Assembly: GCA_032372955.1 (NCBI GenBank)
Contig: GCA_032372955.1_4725.1
From: Escherichia coli
GTDB lineage: Bacteria > Pseudomonadota > Gammaproteobacteria > Enterobacterales > Enterobacteriaceae
Strand: one strand, 5' to 3'
Length of the DNA stretch: 64,000 nt
A model generated the notes under the pieces. The model ran no database searches and had not been told where the DNA came from. It saw only the letters and a program-made list of their open reading frames with translations. Position numbers and translations under genes: made by a program. Positions 50,037 through 60,056 of the stretch are shown here, piece by piece (positions within the stretch are counted from its first letter, which is position 1; each line of letters begins with the position of its first letter).

Positions 50037-53000
50037 ATGGCGACATTCTTACCTGACGATAAGCAGGATCTGGTTGACCAACTCAATATACTAAATAAAA
50101 CAGATATCCCGGTTGATGGTATCGCAGTCACTGCTGTTGGCGATAGTCAAAAACTTGATGGTGTTGGAAAATACACGGGGACGGTTACGGTTAATAAACC
50201 AAAACGGTCATTCGCGACATTGTTTCCGTTCGGCGCGATCATGAAAAAAGAAACCGGTGATGAGGATGTTACTGGTCGCGCTGCGCTCGCGTTGTTGAAC
50301 GAGCAGTTCCATCTGACGATTGCAGAAAGTTACTTCACAGAAGAATCTTTAAATGCGACATACCAGTTAGGGACATGGAACAGCATCTTCGCACAAATCG
50401 CTTTAGAACCAACCGAGGATAACCCGTACTGGAAAGATACGCTGTTCATCTCAATGTATCGGTCAACGCTAGGTGCTTTGGAGACATATAGTGCAAGCGC
50501 ATCATCGAGTATTTATGTTGATTTAGGATCGGCTAGAAAAGCGTTCGATCTGAATCGTACTGGCGTATACAAGTTACCTTTACCAACAACGTCCGGTAGT
50601 GTACCGAACCGTTATGAATGGTGTCAGTTATTAGAGATTACCCCATCGGTGGTTGGTGGACAGATTGATTGGAGCAACTACTTAACGCTGGAGCCGTTAA
50701 CGCCGACGTTCCCAGTGATGGAAATCAATACAACCTATTACTTCTTGCTCTGGACATTTAACCGTAAAGATTGGCACGTGAAACAAATCACCGCATCGGA
50801 GCGTTATAACGATGTTGCTCAACTTATCGGTAAATGGGTGCTTACGGCGTCGCCGGTTAATTTCGTTGGTTATGGTCATGCAAGATTCTTAACCCGAAAT
50901 ACGGGAACGTTTACCAATCCAGAAACCGATCATTACGTGTTAAATGAAAGCGGGGTCATGGTAAACAACCGTCATTTCATTGCAGCGACACGACAAGAAG
51001 CGCAACCGGATGGTGACGCAACAACAGAAGGACAGTCGCTGTTAATTCTGGGTGCTGGTATATTCAGTCATACAACGGATGATACCAAGCTTAAAGCGCA
51101 CTATCTCACATTAGCAGAGTCATCGTTCGATGCGTATATAAAAGCGTTCTATGCGGACCTTGAACCACCGGATACACCGGCACGCTGGATCGCTAACTGG
51201 ATTGTTAATGGTAAACAACCCGTGCTGGCCCATTATCCTCTTGCAAAAGACGATTACCCAACACACGGTGGTTTCCATGACACCGCGGTTACATTTACCA
51301 ACGGTATTGGAAAAATAACACACGGCGCACCCACGTTCGGGGAATACATGGATCTTGTTGTTCAGGTCTATGAGGGTAAACTCGGCTGGCAGAATTTGAA
51401 CGCGGATGTGTTCAAAACCAATGATGATGGGACAATTGACTGGGATACAAAGGGTACGGTGTTTCCTATCGAGAAAGTTGCGTTACGCACAAAACGTTAC
51501 GTAAGTGCGGACGGGGACGATCTTGAAGCGTGTACTGACGATGAAGTAGGTACCATCGTACTCAAAGATAAATCCGTCAACGGCTCTTACTTGGTTGCAT
51601 GGGCACCCCGTGTTCCTGTTGAATACGGTGGATACCTCATCAAAACAAACGAGTGTCAGCATAACCGACCGATCCAGGTGCCGGTCACCAGAGACTACAT
51701 GGGAAACGCGTCAGACGCTGAACAGTGGTTTTGTGAAGCAGCCTACACCTTATACCGTTTAACGCAGCAGGAGCGTTATCAGAAAGCGTACAAGGCATCG
51801 TTGTTTACGATTGAAGAATATACCCGTATCGACGCCAATGATAAGTTCTTCCGTCAGGTAAAAGGAACCGATCGTTACGACACCGACGGTATCGCTTACA
51901 CGTATACATACCCATCGAAAGCACCGTTTACAATCACGCGTGATACCGATGGCTGGATCGTGATTCAAGCATCTTCAGCACAAATTTACCTTGAGCAGCA
52001 GGCCATTCCGTTCCGCGTCAATCGTGATTCAATTCTTCGTGTAACCTGCGGAGGTAAAGATACAGCAGGTGTTGCAATTCCGGTTGAGATCTCATTATCG
52101 CTTTCTTTGGACAAAACCGAAGCGAACGCCAAAACGTACAAGCTGGTTTTACCTTCCAGCGTTGAACCGAAAGGATGGGATTTCAAAATAGGCTCGTTGA
52201 TTCCTGCTGACGCGGTTGATGAAGCTTCAACACCAACCGGTGATGCTGTTACAGGTTCTGTGTTGATATCGGCTGATAAAGTCGGCTGGAAAGATGATGT
52301 CGCCATCACAACAGAATTCAGCGAAGCGGTGGAAGATTCCTGGGATGGGTTGTTCCTAAAAGCGCAGCTTACTGCAGCAGGCGGGCAATTTGAATTCAAT
52401 CCAACCGCAAAACAGATCGTAAGGCAGGTCAGTTATTTCGCGTCGATTGACTACAACGTTCGTGTAGAAGATGCAAATGGTTGGCGATGGTGGTATATGC
52501 TACCGGCTACCACAGCAAGAAATACATTGACGCTTTCGGCGAACGGATGGACGCTCTCAGGGTATCAACCCGGACACGCTGATACTGACCCTAGACCTTC
52601 CGCACCCGTGTGGGGCGATGGCTCAACTGAAATTCTGTTCTTGCCTGACGACAGCGATATCGCTGAAGGGGTATTTAAGCTTTACGCCATCAACAATCCA
52701 CCGTCAACATACACCACCGATGACGGATATACCATGTTGTTTACGTTAAAAGCAACCTTTGAGGCAGAGGGAACATTACGTGTTGGTGATTGCACGATTG
52801 TCAACCAACGTCTCGATCCGTTGCCTTATACTCCGGGTATTATTCCGTTCTCGAACAACTATATCCCTAACGCACCGACGTTCGACAGTTGGCGTGGTCA
52901 GCCTTATCCCGGCTACCAGCATCCATGGGTTTTCCTGGATATGGACGTACCGGCTGAACGACGTGACCTCATGATTCAGAACGTTGTGAATTTCTGGTAT

Positions 53001-53633
53001 GATTCACAGCAGTGGTATTATCAGAAATTCGGGGTTTTAGGGCCGGGTGCGAGTGCGTACGTGTGGGATCGTTGGGATGCGCCAAGCGGATCAAAAGTTA
53101 ATGATTTTACGATGTACCACTTCGGCGATCAGACGGCATGGTCTGGTTATCAGCCGAGGGCTTTCTTTTCAGCGGTGAGGCTTTATGCTGGACTGCTCGA
53201 TCGTGGTTTGGCTGTCCCTGAGAAGTTATCCACTTACATCAGTCACTGGATCGATTTCTTGTTTACGTATCAACAGGAAAACGCTTATCAATCTCCTACG
53301 GATTTTCCGATGGATAAACCTCCTGCTTTTATTCCTAATGACTTTACTGGTCACATGGCAGGATTATGGTTGGCGGGTGCGTCGTTAGCAATGTTGTACG
53401 GACATCCCAACGATAAAGGTTATTCTGTTGCTGTTAATGCTTATAACGAAATCGTTGGGAACTACATCAACCATTACACCGTTGACGACGTAATGAATGG
53501 TGGGTGGAGTCCTGCACCAGATAGCGCTAATCTCGGTAGAGACGGAATGTATTTTGGTTTCTGGAGTGGGGAGATCCTCCGAGGATTAGGCTATTATATT
53601 GCCTTATTACGTGATGTAAAACCAACAATTTAA
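50037..53633 (+). CDS. large putative virion structural protein (tail/baseplate-associated)
   Basis: 1198 codons, AAGGTGGAG RBS; immediately upstream of fibre genes; no enzymatic motif identified with confidence. Confidence 0.55.
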   Translation: MATFLPDDKQDLVDQLNILNKTDIPVDGIAVTAVGDSQKLDGVGKYTGTVTVNKPKRSFATLFPFGAIMKKETGDEDVTGRAALALLNEQFHLTIAESYFTEESLNATYQLGTWNSIFAQIALEPTEDNPYWKDTLFISMYRSTLGALETYSASASSSIYVDLGSARKAFDLNRTGVYKLPLPTTSGSVPNRYEWCQLLEITPSVVGGQIDWSNYLTLEPLTPTFPVMEINTTYYFLLWTFNRKDWHVKQITASERYNDVAQLIGKWVLTASPVNFVGYGHARFLTRNTGTFTNPETDHYVLNESGVMVNNRHFIAATRQEAQPDGDATTEGQSLLILGAGIFSHTTDDTKLKAHYLTLAESSFDAYIKAFYADLEPPDTPARWIANWIVNGKQPVLAHYPLAKDDYPTHGGFHDTAVTFTNGIGKITHGAPTFGEYMDLVVQVYEGKLGWQNLNADVFKTNDDGTIDWDTKGTVFPIEKVALRTKRYVSADGDDLEACTDDEVGTIVLKDKSVNGSYLVAWAPRVPVEYGGYLIKTNECQHNRPIQVPVTRDYMGNASDAEQWFCEAAYTLYRLTQQERYQKAYKASLFTIEEYTRIDANDKFFRQVKGTDRYDTDGIAYTYTYPSKAPFTITRDTDGWIVIQASSAQIYLEQQAIPFRVNRDSILRVTCGGKDTAGVAIPVEISLSLSLDKTEANAKTYKLVLPSSVEPKGWDFKIGSLIPADAVDEASTPTGDAVTGSVLISADKVGWKDDVAITTEFSEAVEDSWDGLFLKAQLTAAGGQFEFNPTAKQIVRQVSYFASIDYNVRVEDANGWRWWYMLPATTARNTLTLSANGWTLSGYQPGHADTDPRPSAPVWGDGSTEILFLPDDSDIAEGVFKLYAINNPPSTYTTDDGYTMLFTLKATFEAEGTLRVGDCTIVNQRLDPLPYTPGIIPFSNNYIPNAPTFDSWRGQPYPGYQHPWVFLDMDVPAERRDLMIQNVVNFWYDSQQWYYQKFGVLGPGASAYVWDRWDAPSGSKVNDFTMYHFGDQTAWSGYQPRAFFSAVRLYAGLLDRGLAVPEKLSTYISHWIDFLFTYQQENAYQSPTDFPMDKPPAFIPNDFTGHMAGLWLAGASLAMLYGHPNDKGYSVAVNAYNEIVGNYINHYTVDDVMNGGWSPAPDSANLGRDGMYFGFWSGEILRGLGYYIALLRDVKPTI

Positions 53634-53637
53634 CCGA

Positions 53638-53658
53638 TGGGGTGGTTACCACCCCATG
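53638..53658 (+). terminator. GC-rich stem-loop after the 1198-aa structural gene
   Basis: GGGGTGG(53640-53646)/CCACCCC(53650-53656). Confidence 0.45.
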
Positions 53659-53694
53659 AACTTTGGAGTCCAGCAGTATAATCGTATTATCTTC

Positions 53695-53734
53695 CCCTCT
53701 ATCTCGCTTTGTCGGGGTAGAGGGGCAATATGCG
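53695..53734 (+). promoter_or_regulatory. stem-loop plus CAATATGCG
   Basis: CCCCTCTA(53695-53702)/TAGAGGGG(53719-53726); TTTTATGCGG about 12 nt further downstream. Confidence 0.4.
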
Positions 53735-53838
53735 CGGAATTTTATGCGGTCGTCTGGACTGTTTACGCTTACCTCGAATCGCACTTTGGTTTCGAGGAGT
53801 TATATATCTTAATTTGATTGTTGGAGGAGGGTGCGCTT

Positions 53839-54366
53839 ATGCGTTCACTTTACCCGCCATGGAAAGACGAACTGATTACGTTGATAAACAGACGTAACAG
53901 TAGCGTGTTCAGCAGCTCCGATCTTACATTAACCTTGGATGGGAGTTCTGGTGCTAACAGGGCAAAAGTGATCGTCACAGCAAATGAAGGAACAAAGTGG
54001 TGTGGTGAAAGTTTTATCGTTTACGCCCGACGCGATATCGCGAAGGCATTTTTAGGAATACCGGTAAAAATCGTTTTAGAGTCCGTTGAGACAACAACTA
54101 TACATGCGATTATTCGGGCGATTTCAGATCAATACGGGTTCGTCTTTGACCCCGACGTTGATTTTGATGCGGTTACCCTTGCCACTGTTATTGATTTTCG
54201 TGACGATATATCCAAAAAGATTTCTATCCCCATCGCGAATACCTCCATGGTTTGGCGTGGTCGATTGGATCTTACTGTGACAAACCAACACGATGTATCT
54301 CCGGCTCATCTTTACGCCGGTGCCACAACCGTCATTGGTGATATCATCACTATTTATCCAGGATAA
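53839..54366 (+). CDS. short protein carrying the shared receptor-binding-protein N-terminal anchor domain
   Basis: ATG 53839 after GGAGGAGGG RBS; WKDELITLIN..ARRDIAKAFLGIPVKIVLE..DQYGFVFDPDVDF paralogous to N-termini of 10243..11694 and 60057..62669. Confidence 0.5.
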   Translation: MRSLYPPWKDELITLINRRNSSVFSSSDLTLTLDGSSGANRAKVIVTANEGTKWCGESFIVYARRDIAKAFLGIPVKIVLESVETTTIHAIIRAISDQYGFVFDPDVDFDAVTLATVIDFRDDISKKISIPIANTSMVWRGRLDLTVTNQHDVSPAHLYAGATTVIGDIITIYPG

Positions 54367-54372
54367 AACACC

Positions 54373-57300
54373 ATGAGTACAGCATATATAACGGTAGTTA
54401 CCGATAAAGGAGCAGAACGTATCACCGCTGCGTTACTTCCCGACGGTGAGAAACTAAAAATCACACACTTTGCCGTTGGTGATGGTAACGGCTCGATCCC
54501 AACCCCGAACGCCAGCCAAACAGCGCTTGTTCACGAAGTTTATCGTGGGGAAGTTTCTAATATCCACGCGGATGGCGATAGCACAACCAGGATTATCGTT
54601 GAGGGTATTATTCCTGCTGGTCAAGGTGGGTTCTGGGTACGTGAGATCGGTCTGTACGATGACCAAGGTGTTCTGATTGCCGTCTGCAGTGCACCAGAAA
54701 GATATAAGCCTACGCCTACCGAAGGCGCAACCAGCGTTCTTAACTGCCAGGTGCATGTCGTTGTTAGTAATACGAGTGCGATACAGCTTAAGGTGTTGGA
54801 TAACGCATTTCTTCCTGATGCAACGACTGCTACACGCGGTTTAACTATTCTAAGTAATGAAACCGATAGCGACGACGAGACAAAATCGGCCACGCCTAAA
54901 GCTGTTAATGCCGTTCGTAAACAATTGCCCGTTGTTGTAACAGATATTCGTGACCGTACCAGCGGACGAGTGGCTCTACCCGGTATGTTCGGTTATGGGG
55001 CAATACTTACCGACGTTAAGAATTTTAGCGGCACCGCTGGAGTAACAGAATTCTTAACATGGGTTAAAGCCGCAACCCCGGGGATTTACCAGGTATCACA
55101 GTCAGCTGGAGACAATAAAATAATTCCAGGAGTGACGTTTACCGGTCTTATTGAAATCAATTACATCAGCTCGTCACGGAACAGTTCTGGCCCACAAAAC
55201 GAAGAGAAGGGAATATTCTTTTTAGGCGTTAACGGTGACTTCTGGTATAACCGTTATCATGCCAGCAGTGGTGGTTCTCTCATCGGGTGGGAAAACCTGA
55301 AAGTCGATGTCGACGCACTTAAACGTCTCATCGCGCTCAAGGCAGATCTTAATAGCCCTGTGTTCACCGGTATCCCGGCAGCGCCCACCGCAGCAGTTAA
55401 CAATAGCAGTCGACAGATTGCCAACACGGAATTTGTGATGCGCGCGATCGCAGCGCTGATCGACTCGTCACCAGCGACGCTAAATACGCTTAATAAGCTG
55501 GCTCGAGCTATAGGAAGTGATCCTAATTTCGCAACGACGGTAACAAATGCGTTAGCTGGGAAGCAGCCCCTTAACGCATTACTGACCGCCTTTTCAGGTT
55601 TAGCAACATCAGCAAACAAATTCCCGTATTTTACCGATACGAATAAGGTTGATTTAGCGACGATCACACCGACAGCACGGACGTTACTACAGCAATCTAG
55701 CATTGAAAGCATGCAAGCATTGTTGCGGTTATCGGCAACACTATTCCAGCGTTTTCGAGGACAGCTCCCCACCGACGCAAATCTGAATACCTACGGTCCG
55801 GTTGAAGCGTCTGTGGGTATTTGGTCTAAACCAGTATCAACGAACGCGGACGTCGCCCACAATTTCCCTGAAGCAAATGCCGCAGGTTACATTGAAGTGC
55901 TCCCAACTGGGCAATTCGGTGGAACGCAACGTTACACTGTATGTACAGGCAATATTTACGTACGTAGTTTAACGGCAGCATGGAACGGCCAGGATGGTCC
56001 ATGGGATGATTGGCTGAAAGTGGGTAATAATGCAGCCACAGCAGCTAAACTTGCTACCGCAAGAACGATAGGTGGCGTCAGCTTCGATGGTTCTGCTAAC
56101 ATCGATCTCCCCGGTGTTAACAAAGCTGGCACCCAGAATACCAGCGGTAACGCTGCTAGTGCAACCAAGCTACAAACTGCACGTAGAATCGGTGGCGTTG
56201 CCTTTGACGGAACAGCGGATATTGCATTACCGGGTGTGAATGCGACAGGTAACCAAAACACCACGGGGAATGCGGCAACCGCCACGAAATTGAAAACCGC
56301 TGTTACGATCGGCGGTGTGAGTTTCGATGGTTCGGCCAGCATCAGTCTACCGGGTGTTAACGCCGCGGGAAACCAAGACACCAGCGGAAACGCAGGAAGC
56401 GCAACCAAAATTCAGACCGCGAGAACCATCGGGGGTGTTTCTTTTGATGGTACTGCGAACATTGATTTACCAGGCGTAAATAAAGCGGGCACGCAAAATA
56501 CCAGCGGCAACGCGGCTACAGCGACAAAGCTACAGACCGCCCGTAAAATCGGTGGTGTTGCGTTCGATGGTACGGCCGATATCGCATTACCAGGCGTTAA
56601 TGCGGTTGGCAATCAGAATACGACGGGTAACGCCGCGACAGCCACGAAATTGAAAACACCGATCACGATCGGCGGAGTTTCTTTTGATGGCTCTGCTAGC
56701 ATTAACCTACCAGGTGTCAACGCGGCAGGTAATCAAAGCACTTCCGGAAACGCTGGTTCAGCAACAAAACTTCAGACGGCGAGAACCATAGGGGGCGTGT
56801 CCTTTGATGGTACTGCCAACATTGATTTACCGGGTGTGAACAAAGCAGGTAATCAGAGTACCTCTGGTAATGCGGCTACTGCCACGAAACTCCAAACAGC
56901 ACGGAAGATTAATGGGGTCGCCTTTGACGGTACAACTGATATTAGCTTTAGCATTAACGTGCTCGCTTCCAAGGGACGGGTCACCGCTTTAGCTAATGCG
57001 ACCCAGGGCAGCAGTACGGGTATTCAGATGTATGAAGCGTACAATAACGGATACCCTACAGCCTACGGTAACATTGTTCATCTTAAAGGTGCTTCATCGG
57101 TTGGTGAAGGTGAAATCCTCATTGGGTGGTCGGGTACCTCGGGCGCGCACGCTCCAGCTTATTTACGTTCGCGTCGGGATGCAACCGATGCGAAATGGTC
57201 GGAATGGGCGCAGATCTACACATCTAAGGATAGTATCCCGGGTGTGAATACAACAGGTAACCAAAACACCACGGGGAATGCGGCAACCGCCACGAGGTTG

Positions 57301-58251
57301 CAAACGGCAAGGACGATTGGTGGTGTCTCATTTAACGGGACGGCAAATATCAACCTGCCTGGGGTAAACACCACCGGTAACCAAGACACGACCGGTAATG
57401 CTGCCACGGCGACAAAACTGAAGACAGCCCGCACCATTGGTGGGGTGTCTTTCGACGGTAGTGCGAACATCAATCTGCCTGGTGTTAACGCCGCGGGAAA
57501 CCAGAATACATCAGGAAACGCAGCAACGGCAACGAAGTTGCAGACCGCGCGCACGATTAACGGTAAACCTTTCGATGGTACAGCTAATATCACGTTAGCA
57601 GCTAAAGATCTTGGTTTAGCCGATTCTAGTGGATATGTCGGGCGTTTACTGAATATGCGGGTTTTCACATCGTCAGGGACGTACACCCCAACACAAGGAA
57701 CAAAACGGATTAGAGTAACGATAACCGGTGGTGGCGGTGGCGGTGGCGGTTGTCAGGCTTATTCCAACAGCGAAACGTTTTTTGGCGCTGGAGGAGGAGC
57801 TGGCGGAACAGTAATTTCGGTTATAACGGTAGCAGCTGCTAGTTATTCTGTTATAATTGGTTCTGGTGGTTCCGGTGGCTCTGGGGCGACGAATGGGAAC
57901 GGGGGTGGAGATAGTAAATTTGCATCCCTGCTAACTGCTCCCGGCGGGCAAGGCGCAGGAAAAACAACTGTCACAAACACTGGCGGTGGCTATGGGGGCG
58001 CACCTACTACCGGGGATATACGCATTCCGGGTGGAGACGGTAGCGATGGACAAGCCGGTACTCTTGCCGCCGGTGGATGTGGGGGTGCGTCATATTGGGG
58101 CGGTGGCGGTCGCGCTGGTGTTGGCACCGCCCATAACGGCCTCGCGCCTGGTTCGGGTGGTGGTGGTGCTTACGATAACTCTTACTCAGGAACCGCTAAG
58201 CCTGGTGGGCGTGGCGCTAATGGGATTTGCATCATCGAGGAGTTTATGTAA
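54373..58251 (+). CDS. long tail fibre protein (P2 gpH-like N-terminus, tandem 37-aa fibre repeats, Gly-rich C-terminal tip)
   Basis: N-terminus [42 protein letters not shown] resembles phage tail-collar fibre domain; 13 repeats of [40 protein letters not shown]; C-terminus rich in GG/GGxGG. Confidence 0.85.
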   Translation: MSTAYITVVTDKGAERITAALLPDGEKLKITHFAVGDGNGSIPTPNASQTALVHEVYRGEVSNIHADGDSTTRIIVEGIIPAGQGGFWVREIGLYDDQGVLIAVCSAPERYKPTPTEGATSVLNCQVHVVVSNTSAIQLKVLDNAFLPDATTATRGLTILSNETDSDDETKSATPKAVNAVRKQLPVVVTDIRDRTSGRVALPGMFGYGAILTDVKNFSGTAGVTEFLTWVKAATPGIYQVSQSAGDNKIIPGVTFTGLIEINYISSSRNSSGPQNEEKGIFFLGVNGDFWYNRYHASSGGSLIGWENLKVDVDALKRLIALKADLNSPVFTGIPAAPTAAVNNSSRQIANTEFVMRAIAALIDSSPATLNTLNKLARAIGSDPNFATTVTNALAGKQPLNALLTAFSGLATSANKFPYFTDTNKVDLATITPTARTLLQQSSIESMQALLRLSATLFQRFRGQLPTDANLNTYGPVEASVGIWSKPVSTNADVAHNFPEANAAGYIEVLPTGQFGGTQRYTVCTGNIYVRSLTAAWNGQDGPWDDWLKVGNNAATAAKLATARTIGGVSFDGSANIDLPGVNKAGTQNTSGNAASATKLQTARRIGGVAFDGTADIALPGVNATGNQNTTGNAATATKLKTAVTIGGVSFDGSASISLPGVNAAGNQDTSGNAGSATKIQTARTIGGVSFDGTANIDLPGVNKAGTQNTSGNAATATKLQTARKIGGVAFDGTADIALPGVNAVGNQNTTGNAATATKLKTPITIGGVSFDGSASINLPGVNAAGNQSTSGNAGSATKLQTARTIGGVSFDGTANIDLPGVNKAGNQSTSGNAATATKLQTARKINGVAFDGTTDISFSINVLASKGRVTALANATQGSSTGIQMYEAYNNGYPTAYGNIVHLKGASSVGEGEILIGWSGTSGAHAPAYLRSRRDATDAKWSEWAQIYTSKDSIPGVNTTGNQNTTGNAATATRLQTARTIGGVSFNGTANINLPGVNTTGNQDTTGNAATATKLKTARTIGGVSFDGSANINLPGVNAAGNQNTSGNAATATKLQTARTINGKPFDGTANITLAAKDLGLADSSGYVGRLLNMRVFTSSGTYTPTQGTKRIRVTITGGGGGGGGCQAYSNSETFFGAGGGAGGTVISVITVAAASYSVIIGSGGSGGSGATNGNGGGDSKFASLLTAPGGQGAGKTTVTNTGGGYGGAPTTGDIRIPGGDGSDGQAGTLAAGGCGGASYWGGGGRAGVGTAHNGLAPGSGGGGAYDNSYSGTAKPGGRGANGICIIEEFM
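56028..57600 (+). repeat. in-frame tandem repeats (111 nt / 37 aa) inside the tail-fibre gene; boundaries approximate
   Basis: Nine consecutive units then four more after a non-repeat spacer; protein near-identical, DNA mostly diverged at synonymous sites, but an identical ~40-nt stretch (CAGGTAACCAAAACACCACGGGGAATGCGGCAACCGCCACGA) recurs near 56247 and 57252. Confidence 0.8.
57727..57750 (+). repeat. (GGT/GGC)8 glycine-codon microsatellite in the fibre tip
   Basis: GGTGGTGGCGGTGGCGGTGGCGGT encodes an 8-Gly run. Confidence 0.6.
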
Positions 58252-58667
58252 TGAGTACATTATACGCTGTTATTGAAAATGGAGTGGTAGTAAACACGAT
58301 TGTTTACGACGGTGAAGCAGAGCTCGATATATTCGACAATCAGCAGTTGGTTCATATCGACGATAAGGAGGCTGTGTCACCTGGAATAGGTTGGTCATAC
58401 TCAAATGGTGAGTTTACCGCACCTCCGGAACCCGAGCGGCAACACGAAGATCTCGTCGCCGAGGCAGAACAGATAAAACAATCTTTGATTGATTCTGCGC
58501 TGGCTTCCATCGATCTTATTCAGTTAAAATTACGGGCTGGGCGAAAACTGACTCCGGAAGAAACGACCCGACTTAATGCTGTTTTGGATTACACTGATGC
58601 GGTGACTGCTGTCGATACCGATGCTGCACCAAATATCGATTGGCCGGAATTTCCTACAACTGTGTAA
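58251..58667 (+). CDS. tail fibre assembly chaperone (Tfa-like)
   Basis: ATG overlaps fibre stop (TAATG); [21 protein letters not shown] ... DAAPNIDWPEFP typical of lambda/P2-type Tfa. Confidence 0.75.
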   Translation: MSTLYAVIENGVVVNTIVYDGEAELDIFDNQQLVHIDDKEAVSPGIGWSYSNGEFTAPPEPERQHEDLVAEAEQIKQSLIDSALASIDLIQLKLRAGRKLTPEETTRLNAVLDYTDAVTAVDTDAAPNIDWPEFPTTV

Positions 58668-58708
58668 TTACTATGGAAATCACTCCCGTTAACACATGAG
58701 GAAATCCG

Positions 58709-59215
58709 ATGACAAAGAAACTTTGCGCGATCGTTCTTGGTATGCTGATGGTGCTTTCTCTGGGTGGGTGTGCTACGCTGGAAGGTTTACCGAACCTGGA
58801 TAAAGACCTGACGCAACTGGTGGGGTTAAAACCTGTTGAGAAGAACAGCAATCTCGCTGTGTATTCTTGCTGGGGTGCAACCCAGGAATTCGAACATTGG
58901 AAACCGAAGTTCTCAACCACTGAAATCTGGAACGATAAGGTTCTGGTTGTGGATGAAGGTAGTCAATTTACCGTTGACTCTCCGGTAACCGTTTTCGAGT
59001 CCACCCAGTTGTATACCACGGTGAAAGACTACGTTGACCTGGGGTTCAATACCGCAACCAGCGAACGCTTCTACCGCATGAACAAACCAACATTGTCTTA
59101 CGCAAGTTCAACCCTGAACTCGAACGGCGATGGTGTTGGGATGGTCTTCTTCAATTGTTCTACCGACCGTGCATTGATCGCTGATCCCAACTCCATTGAG
59201 GTTATCAGTAAGTAA
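58709..59215 (+). CDS. lipoprotein (signal peptide with lipobox-like LGGC)
   Basis: MTKKLCAIVLGMLMVLSLGGC N-terminus. Confidence 0.55.
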   Translation: MTKKLCAIVLGMLMVLSLGGCATLEGLPNLDKDLTQLVGLKPVEKNSNLAVYSCWGATQEFEHWKPKFSTTEIWNDKVLVVDEGSQFTVDSPVTVFESTQLYTTVKDYVDLGFNTATSERFYRMNKPTLSYASSTLNSNGDGVGMVFFNCSTDRALIADPNSIEVISK

Positions 59216-59223
59216 TTAAGTAC

Positions 59224-59263
59224 GCTCCTCCAACCCGTCAGGGAAGGAGGAGCTGCTATGGCG
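59224..59263 (+). terminator. stem-loop with 14-nt loop AACCCGTCAGGGAA plus GCTATGGCG
   Basis: GCTCCTCC(59224-59231)/GGAGGAGC(59246-59253). Confidence 0.5.
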
Positions 59264-59392
59264 TCATCGTATGAAATTTCCTTTTTGAGAATAGAAACGA
59301 GGTAGAAAATGGCGATAGCGCGAACTATAGGGTTCACGTCCAGCACACATCCGATATCCGCCACTTCAACCACCAACGTATAGGACAAGACC

Positions 59393-60034
59393 ATGGCTAT
59401 AAGTACAGATAAAACACCGAATAGCGGCGCACGTTTACAAGATGGTAACTCATGGCACGATAACACCGACGCTTACTACAACACCATGATCTGCTGGACG
59501 TTCGACGTTCGTGATATTGCGACACAAGTCCAGAACAATTATCCTGGTACCAAATACCTCGAATCGATAAACGGCTATGTGAACACAAAAGAAAAGAAAC
59601 ACGGACAAGGTACCAACCCCGTTATCATTCCGAATATTCCACCGCAGCAATTTACCTCACTTAAGAACATGAGTCCGTCGCTATGGTGGAACGCGGGCGG
59701 ACGCGGTAGCAACGGCAATGTGTATTGCGACTCGCGTAGTCACACTTGGCATCCATGGAACGCGAATGCGAACTGGTCAGCCGTCCCTGTGACCGAATTG
59801 TTATCGTCGCCTTTACCCGTTGCGTTTGTCTTTAAGGCGGTTTCTGGTAAACATAACGTTGCGGTATGGAATTGCCATCTCCACAATTTAACTTTCTATT
59901 ACATCCGTCCCGGATTCCCTGGTTGGTGTGGTAACATCATGAGCCAGAATGGTAGAGCTGTTCCAGGCTGGGTATCACAACTCGTCAGCGGGAACTGGTT
60001 AACTTCCTTCGTGGGCGGTAAGCAGTACATCTAA
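59393..60034 (+). CDS. hypothetical Trp-rich protein
   Basis: 213 codons. Confidence 0.5.
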   Translation: MAISTDKTPNSGARLQDGNSWHDNTDAYYNTMICWTFDVRDIATQVQNNYPGTKYLESINGYVNTKEKKHGQGTNPVIIPNIPPQQFTSLKNMSPSLWWNAGGRGSNGNVYCDSRSHTWHPWNANANWSAVPVTELLSSPLPVAFVFKAVSGKHNVAVWNCHLHNLTFYYIRPGFPGWCGNIMSQNGRAVPGWVSQLVSGNWLTSFVGGKQYI

Positions 60035-60056
60035 TTCTAAAGGGCTGAGGTTTTTA

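Noticed and set aside
56028-57600. Periodic repeats that could be mistaken for a CRISPR array or satellite
   Set aside because: The period is 111 nt, entirely in frame within a coding sequence, with no spacer/repeat alternation; they are protein-coding fibre repeats.
55257-57686. Minus-strand ORFs of 66 to 171 codons inside the tail-fibre gene (55257..55772, 55956..56408, 56412..56612, 57216..57686)
   Set aside because: They lie antisense to the repeat region of a well-supported 1292-aa fibre gene and have low-complexity Ala/Val/Pro translations typical of antisense frames through Gly/Asn/Thr-rich repeats.
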